Source of the DNA: Nitrospirota bacterium | GTDB taxonomy: Bacteria; Nitrospirota; JACRHJ01 | Direction of reading: 5' to 3' | Assembly (NCBI GenBank): GCA_016212105.1 | Contig: JACRHJ010000028.1 | Coordinates: 11,689-75,688, forward strand | DNA: 64,000 bases | In this document: positions 18,453 to 27,114 of the stretch, piece after piece | Position numbering within the stretch: the first letter of the stretch is position 1 | Layout of the letters: the number at the start of each line of letters is the position of its first letter | The notes under the pieces: generated by a model | The model's input: the letters and a program-made list of their open reading frames with translations, nothing else | The model's database searches: none | What the model was told of the DNA's origin: nothing | Translations under genes and position numbers: made by a program

Positions 18453-18683
18453 TTAAACCATCTCCTCAAACTCCTCCACCGTCATCCCCGCATCCTTCAA
18501 AATCGCCTTCAACGTCTTTGGCGGGATAACCTGCCCTGCGTGCATCGCAACCACCACGCGCCGCTTGCCGTCTTCGCTCTTGAATACCGCATGGCTACCA
18601 GTCTGGTGGTGCAGGGCGAAGCCCTTCCTGTTCAGGACGCGCACGAGGTCCTTGTCGGTGACGCGCGGCAGGCGCGGGGTCAT
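18453..18683 (-). CDS. hicA: type II toxin HicA (mRNA interferase)
   Basis: 76 aa. LVRVLNRKGFALHHQTGSHAVF is the HicA signature. It overlaps hicB by 4 nt. Confidence 0.9.
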   Translation of the reverse strand: MTPRLPRVTDKDLVRVLNRKGFALHHQTGSHAVFKSEDGKRRVVVAMHAGQVIPPKTLKAILKDAGMTVEEFEEMV

Positions 18684-18895
18684 GCCGCCACTTCCACCTT
18701 CTCGGCGGAGTCCTCAGGGAACGGCAGCCCGTCCTTCTTGAGGCTTTCGAGATAAGCCTCTATCGCCTCGCGTATGTTCGCAAGCGCCTCGTCCTTCGTG
18801 CCGCCGTAGGAATGACAGCCGGGAAGCGCGGGACAGTAAACATGGAACCCGCCCCCTTCCTCGTCCTCGAAGATAACCGTATATCTTACAGACAT
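18680..18895 (-). CDS. hicB: type II antitoxin HicB-like (UPF0150 fold)
   Basis: 71 aa. YTVIFEDEEGGGFHVYCPALPGCHSYGGTKDEALANIREAIEAYLE is typical of the HicB N-terminal domain. Confidence 0.88.
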   Translation of the reverse strand: MSVRYTVIFEDEEGGGFHVYCPALPGCHSYGGTKDEALANIREAIEAYLESLKKDGLPFPEDSAEKVEVAA

Positions 18896-18981
18896 TACAA
18901 CCTCCAGAATTAAAGCCTGCCTGTATGTTAAGCCATACCGGAAACTTTTTCAACCAAAATGTAGTTGATAGCCAGCGCACA

Positions 18982-19007
18982 AAAATGGCCGCCCTCCCGG
19001 GCGGCCA
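18982..19007. repeat. 26-nt hairpin AAAATGGCCGCCCTCCCGGGCGGCCA, copy 2 (terminator-like, downstream of the SnoaL-like gene)
   Basis: Identical to 18373..18398 and in the same orientation. TTTTT follows on the minus strand. Confidence 0.85.
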
Positions 19008-19035
19008 TCCACACAAGCAACAACCAAATTCAACT

Positions 19036-19506
19036 TCACGCCGCGTCCGCCATCTCCTCCGGCAGCTCGTCCGGGAACGACCGGCCGACCTCCTGCCCGA
19101 CGGCGGGCAGCGAGAAGTGCGTCTGCACGAAAAGCCAGACGTCCCCGCGCTTCTCCATGACAGCGGTCGCCCGCCCGATGAAGGCCTTAGCCCGGCCTCC
19201 CACCTCCGCCCGGACAACGATGTCGGCGGCTATCCAGCAGAGCGTCTCCGAACCGGGCGCCTGCGACACCTGCAGGTTGCTGAACCCGAACTCGATTGCG
19301 TCGCCCTGTTCGAGCGTCCTCTCGAACTGCTCCTGCAGCTCCGCGACTCCGTTGCACCACTCGTCCACCCCGGTGCCGATATGCACCACGTCCGGGTCCG
19401 GCGCGAAGAACGCCATCATCTTGCCCAGCTCTCTCCGGCTGAACGCCTCGGCATAACCGTCGAGCGTCTCCCATATCTCGGATACAGTCATCGCGTCCGC
19501 TTTCAT
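19036..19506 (-). CDS. NTF2/SnoaL-like fold protein
   Basis: 156 aa from the ATG at 19506 (MKADAM). The length and alpha+beta pattern fit SnoaL/DUF4440-like proteins. The function is unknown. Confidence 0.65.
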   Translation of the reverse strand: MKADAMTVSEIWETLDGYAEAFSRRELGKMMAFFAPDPDVVHIGTGVDEWCNGVAELQEQFERTLEQGDAIEFGFSNLQVSQAPGSETLCWIAADIVVRAEVGGRAKAFIGRATAVMEKRGDVWLFVQTHFSLPAVGQEVGRSFPDELPEEMADAA

Positions 19507-19660
19507 GTCCCGCCTCCTCAAGAGTGTTGACTTGAAGCCCTCTCACCTGTAGAGTATACCACTACGGGGGGGATTGACAACCCGGCCAGTTTTGGGGTAG
19601 AGTAGGATACAGGACTAATCCTGTCCGGGGTAATATTGAAACAAGGAATGAGAGGGGAAA

Positions 19661-20215
19661 ATGAAGGTTCTTGCGATACTCGGGAGCGCGCGGCGCGGCG
19701 GCAACACCGAGCTTCTGATGAAGGAGGCGCTCCGGGGCGCGGGGGTGGAGGCGGAGGTCCTGGACCTGGCCGAGCTGAACTACGTCGGCTGCCAGGGCTG
19801 CAAGGCGTGCCGCCAGGCCGGCGCGGACGGCTGCATGTTCCAGGACGACATGCAGATGCTGTACGATAAGATGAAGGAGGCGGACGCGCTCATCCTCGGC
19901 TCGCCGGTCTACTACGGCGAGGTGACCGGCCAGATGAAGTCCTTCATGGACCGCTGGTACGCGCTCCGGGACGGGGACAGGAGGCTGCGGCTGCCCGCGG
20001 GCAAGAAGGCGCTGTTCATACTCGTGCAGGGCGCGGACGGAGACGACCGGTACGAGTCGGCGGTCAGGCGTCTTGAGAAGGTCCTGACCAGCTACGAGAT
20101 GTCGCCGAGGCTTGTAGTCGCGGCCGGGCTTGAGAAGAAGGGCGCGGTCAAAGAGCACCCGGAACTTCTTGCGGCCGCCTTCGCGACGGGCCGGTGGCTG
20201 GCGGAGAGGCCGTGA
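19661..20215 (+). CDS. flavodoxin-like NAD(P)H-dependent FMN reductase / iron-sulfur flavoprotein family
   Basis: MKVLAILGSARRGGNTELL is the FMN_red-type N-terminus. GSPVYYGEVTGQMKSFMDR is also present. A Cys cluster (CQGCKAC) suggests the Isf-like subgroup. Confidence 0.85.
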   Translation: MKVLAILGSARRGGNTELLMKEALRGAGVEAEVLDLAELNYVGCQGCKACRQAGADGCMFQDDMQMLYDKMKEADALILGSPVYYGEVTGQMKSFMDRWYALRDGDRRLRLPAGKKALFILVQGADGDDRYESAVRRLEKVLTSYEMSPRLVVAAGLEKKGAVKEHPELLAAAFATGRWLAERP

Positions 20216-20231
20216 TACGTGTTCGTGAAGG

Positions 20232-20442
20232 CTCTTATGTAGGGGCGGGTCCCCGTGCCCGCCCTGCCTTGTATTTGATTTTGTAGGGGCCGACCCGTGT
20301 GTCGGCCCTGCCTTTGGTTTATGGTTGTCATTGCGAGGAGCCGAAGGCGACGCGGCAATCTCGGCCTTTAAGTACTGAGATTGCCACGCTTCACTCGCAA
20401 TGACATAATAAAGGTCCTACACCCGCTTCGCTTGGTACGGTT
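20232..20442. repeat. cluster R8 (I, D, G+M composite, R)
   Basis: Modules: 20239-20264 gtaggggcgggtccccgtgcccgccc; 20283-20308 gtaggggccgacccgtgtgtcggccc; 20327-20404 G+M composite; 20416-20440 R (inverted). Confidence 0.9.
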
Positions 20443-20452
20443 GCTGCATATT

Positions 20453-21760
20453 ATGACGAAAATACACCCCACATACGACGTCGCCGTAATCGGCGGCGGC
20501 CCGGCCGGGATGATGGCCGCGGGCCGCGCGGCGGAACTTGGCGCGCGGGTCGTCCTCGTCGAGGGGAACCGGCGTCCCGGCACAAAACTCCTGATGACCG
20601 GGAACGGCAGGTGCAACCTGACGAACGTTGGCCATGACACCCGCGGCCTTGCGTCCATGTTCGGCGCAGGCGGGAAGTTCCTGTTGTCCGCGTTCACGGC
20701 CTTCGGCGTGGAGGCGACTATCGCGTTCTTCGAGGCGCGTGGCGGCCGCACGAAGACGGAGCCGGGCGGCCGCGTATTCCCAGTGTCCGACAGGGCGGCG
20801 GACGTCCTCGCCTCGCTGACGAGGTACATGTCGCAGGGCGGCGTCACTGTGATGGCCGGCGCGCGCGTGACGGGCCTCGATGCCGACGGCGGGCGCATAA
20901 CACGGGCAAGGCTTTCGGACGGCGGGACGGTCGAGGCGAATAACTTTATCGTCTGCACCGGTGGGCGGTCTTTCCCCAGGACCGGCTCGGACGGCGCGGG
21001 CCACGGCTGGCTTTCTGCATTGGGGCATACTGTGACCGCGCTCACGCCCGCGCTCGCGCCGTTGAAGGTGTCCGAGGCGTGGGTGCGCGAGCTTGAAGGC
21101 GCGAGCCTTGCCGGAGCCGTCCTGAGGGCATACCATGGCGGGAAGCTGCGTGGCGAAAGCGCGGGCGAGGTCGTCTTCACCAGGAACGGCATATCCGGCC
21201 CGGCGGCGCTGAACATGAGCGGCGCGGCGGGCGAGCTTGCTGGGCGCGGAGCGGTGTCGCTTGCAATAGATCTTATGCCGGACACGGACGAGGCCGAACT
21301 CGATGCAAGGCTTCAGGATCTGTTCCGGGAGAAGCAGAACAAGACGGCCATCAACTGCGTGACCGGGTTACTCACGCCCAAGCTCGCGCCTGTGTTTCTG
21401 AAATTAGCGGGGATTGTGGAGGACGAGCAGATCAACCGGATAAACCGGGCGCAGAGGCTCGCGCTGGCGAGGCTCCTGAAAGGGCTGCCGTTCACGGTGA
21501 CAGGCGTCGGCGGGTTCGACCGCGCGATGGTAACGCGGGGCGGCGTCTCGCTCAAAGAGGTGGACGGGAAGACGATGCGCTCCAAGCTCGTCGAAAACCT
21601 GTACCTCGCGGGCGAAGTGCTGGATCTGGACGGCCCGTCCGGCGGGTACAACCTCCAGATGTGCTGGAGCACGGGCTACGTCGCGGGCGATAATTCGTCA
21701 CCAGCAAGAAAACACAGCAGCAGATTCCTCGACTTCGCTCGGAATGACAAGCAAGGATAA
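20453..21760 (+). CDS. HI0933-like (BaiN/aminoacetone oxidase family) FAD flavoprotein
   Basis: YDVAVIGGGPAGMMAAGRAAELG is a Rossmann fold. The C-terminus GGYNLQMCWSTGYVAG is typical of the family. The last roughly 13 codons (SRFLDFARNDKQG) are read from a J-type repeat module. Confidence 0.9.
   Translation: MTKIHPTYDVAVIGGGPAGMMAAGRAAELGARVVLVEGNRRPGTKLLMTGNGRCNLTNVGHDTRGLASMFGAGGKFLLSAFTAFGVEATIAFFEARGGRTKTEPGGRVFPVSDRAADVLASLTRYMSQGGVTVMAGARVTGLDADGGRITRARLSDGGTVEANNFIVCTGGRSFPRTGSDGAGHGWLSALGHTVTALTPALAPLKVSEAWVRELEGASLAGAVLRAYHGGKLRGESAGEVVFTRNGISGPAALNMSGAAGELAGRGAVSLAIDLMPDTDEAELDARLQDLFREKQNKTAINCVTGLLTPKLAPVFLKLAGIVEDEQINRINRAQRLALARLLKGLPFTVTGVGGFDRAMVTRGGVSLKEVDGKTMRSKLVENLYLAGEVLDLDGPSGGYNLQMCWSTGYVAGDNSSPARKHSSRFLDFARNDKQG
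21723..21748. repeat. single J module (inverted) embedded in the 3' end of the flavoprotein CDS
   Basis: gattcctcgacttcgctcggaatgac. Confidence 0.8.
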
Positions 21761-21775
21761 CTCACGTCATCCACG

Positions 21776-22246
21776 TCAGCCCGGCCTGGCCGCAATCCTC
21801 CGTGACTCGGCGAAATCCAGCAGCTTTATAAGGTGGGCCTGGTCCTCCAGGACTATCTTGTGGAACCTGCCGGACGTGGGGTTCGCATACGCAAGGTCTA
21901 TCGCGTTCGACAGCTCCGCGCAGTTGACCTCCATGTCCATGGCGAACTTCATCGCCTCTTCCATTGTCTCCGTCCTGTCGGAGCAGATCTCGGCGTCGAC
22001 CCGGTCGAGGATGCGGGACAGCGTGTCGATGTCCACGTCGATAGGCTGGAACGAGCCGGGGCTCTTCTTGTAGTCGGCCAGCGTGTCCGCCACTATCAGC
22101 ATGTGCTGGCTCTCGTCGTTGCCGAGTGACGTGAACAGCCTCGCGGCCTCTTCGTCGTCCCTGAACGTATCGGCAATCCGCCTGTAATACCTTGCCATCC
22201 GGTCATCGAGCCCCTCGTACGCGTACAGTATGCTGAATACGCTCAT
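21776..22246 (-). CDS. ferritin-like four-helix-bundle protein (tentative)
   Basis: 156 aa with one ExxH (DESQH) and a DxxH/ExxxH (EDQAH). The start overlaps the RND stop (ATGA at 22243-22246). Confidence 0.6.
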   Translation of the reverse strand: MSVFSILYAYEGLDDRMARYYRRIADTFRDDEEAARLFTSLGNDESQHMLIVADTLADYKKSPGSFQPIDVDIDTLSRILDRVDAEICSDRTETMEEAMKFAMDMEVNCAELSNAIDLAYANPTSGRFHKIVLEDQAHLIKLLDFAESRRIAARPG

Positions 22247-25200
22247 GCTGTCTCCTTCGCGGCAGCCCTGCCGGATACGCGCGCCCGGAAGGACTCCATG
22301 TATGTGTAGAACACCGGCGTGATGTAAAGCGTAAGCACCTGCGAAACGACCAGGCCGCCGACGACCGCTACGCCGAGCGGACGCCTCGACTCCGCCCCGG
22401 CCCCGAAACCGACCGCGAGCGGGAGAGTCGCCATCAGCGCGGCCATCGTCGTCATCATGATGGGCCGGAACCTCACCATCGCGCCCTGGAATATCGCGTC
22501 GGCGGGGGCGAGCCCCCGGTTCCGCTGCCCGTCCAGCGCGAAGTCGATCATCATTATCGCGTTTTTCTTGACTATGCCGAGCAGCATTATTACGCCGACG
22601 AACGCGTAGACGTTGAGGTCGTAACCGAACGCCATAAGCGTCAGGAGCGCGCCGAGCCCTGCTGCCGGCAGCCCGGACAGTATCGTTATGGGATGTATAT
22701 AGCTCTCATAAAGTATACCAAGCACGATGTATATTACAAGTATCGCCATCACGAGCAGGAGCCACAACCCCTGCGTCGAGGACTGGAATGCCTGAGCAGC
22801 GCCCTGGAAGCTTGTCGTTATCCGGGGCGGCAGCGTCTCCGAGGACGCCTGCTGGACCTCCCCGAGGGCGTCTCCGAGCGATACCCCCGGCGCGAGGTTG
22901 AACGATATGGTGACCGACGGTATCTGGCCCAGGTGGTTCACGGTCAGCGGCCCGACGCCCCGGCTAATGCCCGCGAGGGCGTCCATCGGGACGAGCCGCC
23001 CGCTGTCGGAGCGGACGTAAAGCATGGACAGCGCCGCCGGGTCCATCTGGTACTCCTCGTCCAGCTCCATCAGCACCCTGTACTGGTTGTCCGGGGCGAG
23101 TATCGTCGAAACCTGGCGCGTGCCGTATGCGTAATAAAGCGCGTCCTCGATGCGCTGGACGGACACGCCGAGCGAGGCCGCCTTCTCGCGGTATATCGTG
23201 ACGCGCGCCTCCGGGTTGGCTATCTGGAGGTCGTTCGTCACGTCCTGGAGGCCGTGCAACTCCGACATCCTGTCCGTCAGCATGGCCGCGTATTTATAAA
23301 GCTCGTCCGTGTCCGGGCTGGTCAGCGTCCACTGGTACATGCTCTTCGACGACTGCCCTCCGATGCGCACCGGAGGCGGGTTCTGGAGGAAGACGTTCAC
23401 GCCGGGCACGGCCGCGAGCCTGGGGCGGAGCTCCTGTATCAGCTCGTCCGCGCCCAGCTTTCGCTCCGCGCGGGGCCTCAGCCGCATGAGTATCCTGCCG
23501 GAGTTGGACGAGTCTCCGCCCACCCGCAGGTAGTACGACTCGACGTTCTCGTCCTTGCCCACGATCTCTCCGAGCGCGAGCATGTGGTCCTTCATCGCGC
23601 CGAAGGATATGCCCTGCACGGCCTCGACGTTGGCCGTGATGAAGCCGGTGTCCTCGGACGGCAGGAAGCCCATCGGCATGACCGTGAAGAGGTACAGGCT
23701 CGCGGCGAGCGAGGCCGCCGTAACGAGCATCGTCGCGGGGCGGTGACGGAAGACGAAGGAGAGGCTCCGGCGGTACGTCTCCAGCATCCAGGCGAAGACA
23801 CGCTCGGACGCGGCGTAGACGCTCCCGTGCCTGACCTCGCCGGGGGCCTTCAGGAACCTGCTGCAAAGCATCGGCGTGAGCGTCAAGGAGACGACGCCGG
23901 ACACGAGTATAGCCGAACCTATCGTGACAGCGAACTCGTGCAGGAGCCGGCCAAGTATGCCGCCCATGAACAAGACCGGTATGAATACCGCGACCAGCGA
24001 GGTCGTCATGGATATGATGGTGAAGCCTATCTCGCGCGAGCCGGTGAAGGCGGCCTTCATGGGCGGCTCGCCCTGCTCCATGTGCCGGACGATGTTCTCG
24101 AGCATGACGATGGCGTCGTCCACGACGAACCCGATGGAGAGCGTCAGCGCCATCATGGACAGGTTGTCCACGCTGTAGTCCAGCATGTACATCACGGAGA
24201 ACGTCCCGACGAGCGAGACCGGCAGCGCAAGGCTCGGTATGACGGTCGCGGACAGGTTCCTGAGGAACAGGAATATCACGAGGACTACCAGGCAGAGCGA
24301 CAGAAGCAGCGTGAACTTCACGTCCCGCACGGACTCCCGGATGGACTCGGAGCGGTCGTTGAATATGTCGAGCTTTATCGATGCGGGCATCTGCTCCGTA
24401 AACTCCGGCAGGAGCCTCCTGATGCCGTCAACAACCTCGACCGTGTTCGTGCCCGGCTGGCGCTGTATGGCGAGCATGACGGAACGCCTGTCCATGAACC
24501 AGCCCGCCGACTTGTCGTTCTCGACGGAGTCCTCGACCCGGCCAAGCTCGCCCAGGTATACCGGCGAGCCGTCCCTGTACGAAACGACGATGGGGCGGTA
24601 TCCGGCCGCCTCGGTAAGCTGGCCGTTCGTCTGGACGGTGTACGAGCCGGACCTCCCGTAGAGCGTCCCGGTCGGCATGTTCACGTTCGCGCTGTCTATC
24701 GCGGAGGCGACCTCGTCGATGCCGATACCACGACCAGCGAGCGCCCTGGGGTCGAGTTCCACCCTGACCGCGTACTTCTGGGAGCCGAAGACCTGTACCT
24801 GCGCGACCCCGCTGACCATCGAGATTCGCTGTGCCATCGTCGTCTGCGCGAAGTCGTCCACCTGCGACAGCGGCAGGGTCGGCGAGCTTACTGCTATGTA
24901 CAGCACCGGCCGGTCTGCCGGGTTGACCTTCTGGTATGAGGGCGGGCTCGGCATGTCGCGCGGCAGGAGGCGCGCCGCCTTCGCAATCGCCGCCTGCACG
25001 TCCTGCGCTGCCGCGTCTATGTCTCTTTCGAGCGCGAACTGTATGGTTATCTGTGTATTGCCGAGCGAGTTGGCCGAGGACATGGAGTCTATGCCCGCGA
25101 TAGTGGAGAACTGCTTCTCCAGCGGCGTGGCGACCGCGGACGCCATCGTCTCCGGAGAAGCGCCCGGCAGGCTCGCAGAGACGCTTATCGTCGGGAAGTC

Positions 25201-25320
25201 CACGTTCGGCAGGTCGGAGACCGGCAGCTTCGTGTAGCCCGCGATGCCGAATATGACCACCGCCAGCATCACCAGCGATGTCATTATAGGGCGTCTAATG
25301 AAGAGGTCGGAGATGGACAT
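22243..25320 (-). CDS. RND efflux transporter, inner-membrane permease (AcrB/MdtB-like)
   Basis: 1025 aa with a canonical ACR_tran N-terminus (MSISDLFIRRPIMTSLVMLAVVIFG). It has 12-TM architecture with two large periplasmic loops. Confidence 0.97.
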   Translation of the reverse strand: MSISDLFIRRPIMTSLVMLAVVIFGIAGYTKLPVSDLPNVDFPTISVSASLPGASPETMASAVATPLEKQFSTIAGIDSMSSANSLGNTQITIQFALERDIDAAAQDVQAAIAKAARLLPRDMPSPPSYQKVNPADRPVLYIAVSSPTLPLSQVDDFAQTTMAQRISMVSGVAQVQVFGSQKYAVRVELDPRALAGRGIGIDEVASAIDSANVNMPTGTLYGRSGSYTVQTNGQLTEAAGYRPIVVSYRDGSPVYLGELGRVEDSVENDKSAGWFMDRRSVMLAIQRQPGTNTVEVVDGIRRLLPEFTEQMPASIKLDIFNDRSESIRESVRDVKFTLLLSLCLVVLVIFLFLRNLSATVIPSLALPVSLVGTFSVMYMLDYSVDNLSMMALTLSIGFVVDDAIVMLENIVRHMEQGEPPMKAAFTGSREIGFTIISMTTSLVAVFIPVLFMGGILGRLLHEFAVTIGSAILVSGVVSLTLTPMLCSRFLKAPGEVRHGSVYAASERVFAWMLETYRRSLSFVFRHRPATMLVTAASLAASLYLFTVMPMGFLPSEDTGFITANVEAVQGISFGAMKDHMLALGEIVGKDENVESYYLRVGGDSSNSGRILMRLRPRAERKLGADELIQELRPRLAAVPGVNVFLQNPPPVRIGGQSSKSMYQWTLTSPDTDELYKYAAMLTDRMSELHGLQDVTNDLQIANPEARVTIYREKAASLGVSVQRIEDALYYAYGTRQVSTILAPDNQYRVLMELDEEYQMDPAALSMLYVRSDSGRLVPMDALAGISRGVGPLTVNHLGQIPSVTISFNLAPGVSLGDALGEVQQASSETLPPRITTSFQGAAQAFQSSTQGLWLLLVMAILVIYIVLGILYESYIHPITILSGLPAAGLGALLTLMAFGYDLNVYAFVGVIMLLGIVKKNAIMMIDFALDGQRNRGLAPADAIFQGAMVRFRPIMMTTMAALMATLPLAVGFGAGAESRRPLGVAVVGGLVVSQVLTLYITPVFYTYMESFRARVSGRAAAKETA

Positions 25321-25369
25321 TGATTCCTTGTAAGAGAAAAACTATGATAAAACGAGGGTCGTCCCCATA

Positions 25370-25605
25370 AAACCAAATCCCCCTCATTCCCCCTTTTTCA
25401 AAGGGGGAGGTGAAGTCTTGTCCCCACTTTGTAAAAGGGGGGACTACAGGGGGGATTTGCCTTTATCCGTCATTCCCGCGAACGCGGGAATCCAGTGACT
25501 TTTTCAATCTTCCCCCTCCCCACCTGCGGGGAAGGGGGGCAGGGGGGCTGGGGGTGTCTCTTCCAGTCTTCATCCCCTTTATGGGAGAGGGGTCAGGGGT
25601 GAGAA
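25370..25605. repeat. cluster R10 inside the MFP-RND intercistronic gap (N, A, P)
   Basis: 25375-25420 ccaaatccccctcattccccctttttcaaagggggagg is the inverse of the copy at 9436. 25469-25495 is an A module. 25511-25600 is G-tract hairpins. Confidence 0.85.
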
Positions 25606-25613
25606 CTCTGCTC

Positions 25614-26759
25614 CTATAGCCCCGCCTTAACCTCCACCGCCGTCCCCGGCACCAGTCGGAGCTGTCCGTCGGTAACTACCGTCTCGCCGGTCCTGACACC
25701 GGAGAGCACGACGGTGTACCCGTCCACCGTGCCGTCCGTCCCGACAAGCCTTTCCTCGGCCGTGTTGTCCGGCTTGACGACGTAGACGTACTGCCCCTTC
25801 TGGCCGGACAGTACCGCCGCCTCCGGCACGACCGTCGCCCCGGCGCGCGTGGACATAAGCACCGAGACGTCCACGAACTGGCCCGGCCAGAGCCTGCCGT
25901 CGGAGTTGTCGAAGACCGCCTTCAGCCTTATCGTCGCCGTCGCCGGGTCCACCGCGTTGTCTATGAACGAGAGACGGCCGGCGGCCGGCGGGCCGGGGTC
26001 GCCCGTGGGCCTCGCCGTGACGGAAAGGCGCGACCTCGCGTCCAGCCTGCGTACCTCCGATAGCGCGCCGCCCGGCACCGAGAACGTTACGTATATGGGC
26101 CGGAGCTGGTTTATCGTAACGAGGTCTGGCGCGTCGTTCGCCCTCACGACGTTGCCCATGTGCACGCCGATTGCCCCGGTACGCCCCGACACCGGCGCGA
26201 ATATCCTCGTGTAGCCGAGCTGGACCTTGATGCGGCCTATCTCCGCCCGGTCCGCGCCCACTACCTCCTTCAGGGAAGCGGCGAGCGTCCTCGCCTGGTC
26301 GTACTGCTGGCGGGAGACCGCGCCCCTGTCGAGGAGCGCCTTGTACCTCGCCGCGTCGGTCTCGGCGTTCTCCGCCTCGACCATGTCCTCTGCAAGCTCG
26401 GCCTCCGCCTTCATCAGCTCCGCCTCAAGGGGCCTTGCGTCTATCGTGAACAGAAGCTCGCCCTTCCTCACGTCCTGGCCCTCGCGGAAGTGCACGCCGG
26501 TCACCTCGCCGCCGACGAGCGAACGGACGTTCACCGTCGAATATGCCTCCACGTTGCCAATCGCGGCGAGCGTAACCGGCACGTCCCGCGTCTCCGCCTT
26601 CGCCGCGAGCACAGGCGCCGGCTTCTTGTCCTTCTTCTTCTCGTCCTTCTTCGCGCAGCCGGTAAACGTCGCCGTGCACGACATGACGAGCATCAGGAGC
26701 AGTGCGCCAATCAGGCCGCCGGCAAGGCGGCGTCCCGCCGGGACGCGAGTGCTTTTCAT
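25614..26759 (-). CDS. RND efflux periplasmic adaptor (membrane fusion protein)
   Basis: 381 aa. A signal peptide plus lipobox-like FTGC is present. The alpha-hairpin is LEAELMKAEAELAEDMVEAENAETDAARYKAL. The beta-barrel segments are HlyD-like. Confidence 0.93.
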   Translation of the reverse strand: MKSTRVPAGRRLAGGLIGALLLMLVMSCTATFTGCAKKDEKKKDKKPAPVLAAKAETRDVPVTLAAIGNVEAYSTVNVRSLVGGEVTGVHFREGQDVRKGELLFTIDARPLEAELMKAEAELAEDMVEAENAETDAARYKALLDRGAVSRQQYDQARTLAASLKEVVGADRAEIGRIKVQLGYTRIFAPVSGRTGAIGVHMGNVVRANDAPDLVTINQLRPIYVTFSVPGGALSEVRRLDARSRLSVTARPTGDPGPPAAGRLSFIDNAVDPATATIRLKAVFDNSDGRLWPGQFVDVSVLMSTRAGATVVPEAAVLSGQKGQYVYVVKPDNTAEERLVGTDGTVDGYTVVLSGVRTGETVVTDGQLRLVPGTAVEVKAGL

Positions 26760-26866
26760 CCAGGTCCTCCTAGGTATGCTTGTCCGCCGTCGCCGGGATG
26801 CCGCGCAATGTTTCGCGCGGATGCCCGGACGACCATTATACTACATGCGCCGCTCCGGAGTGCAAC

Positions 26867-26898
26867 AAAAAAAGGCCCCATCCATGCCGGACGGGGCC
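26867..26898 (-). terminator. possible intrinsic terminator after the REC-GAF-PAS-HD-GYP gene
   Basis: GGCCCCATCC...GGACGGGGCC forms a hairpin. It is preceded on the plus strand by a run of A, which is a U-tract on the minus strand. Confidence 0.45.
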
Positions 26899-26949
26899 TC
26901 TGACTGCTGACAAAGTCCAGAATCAATTGGATGACGTTTCAGAATGCCT

Positions 26950-27047
26950 GACGTCGTCCCGACCGAAGTGGAGGGACCCACAGTAAGTCTTTGATTGTAA
27001 TAGAGCCAAGTCAAAGGTAGGTTCCTCGACTTCGCTCGGAACGACGG
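26950..27047. repeat. cluster R11 (E inverted, J inverted)
   Basis: Modules: 26952-26978 cgtcgtcccgaccgaagtggagggacc; 27022-27045 ttcctcgacttcgctcggaacgac. Confidence 0.8.
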
Positions 27048-27114
27048 TCTTCGCTGCCCTATATTTTGCGACGGCGGTTTGTCAACGCTCCGAGGCCCCC
27101 TCCAAGCCGGACGC

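Noticed and set aside
22693-24939. 748-aa plus-strand ORF and several shorter ones opposite the RND pump gene
   Set aside because: The minus-strand product is a full-length canonical RND permease. The plus-strand translation is Arg/His/Gly-rich without domains.
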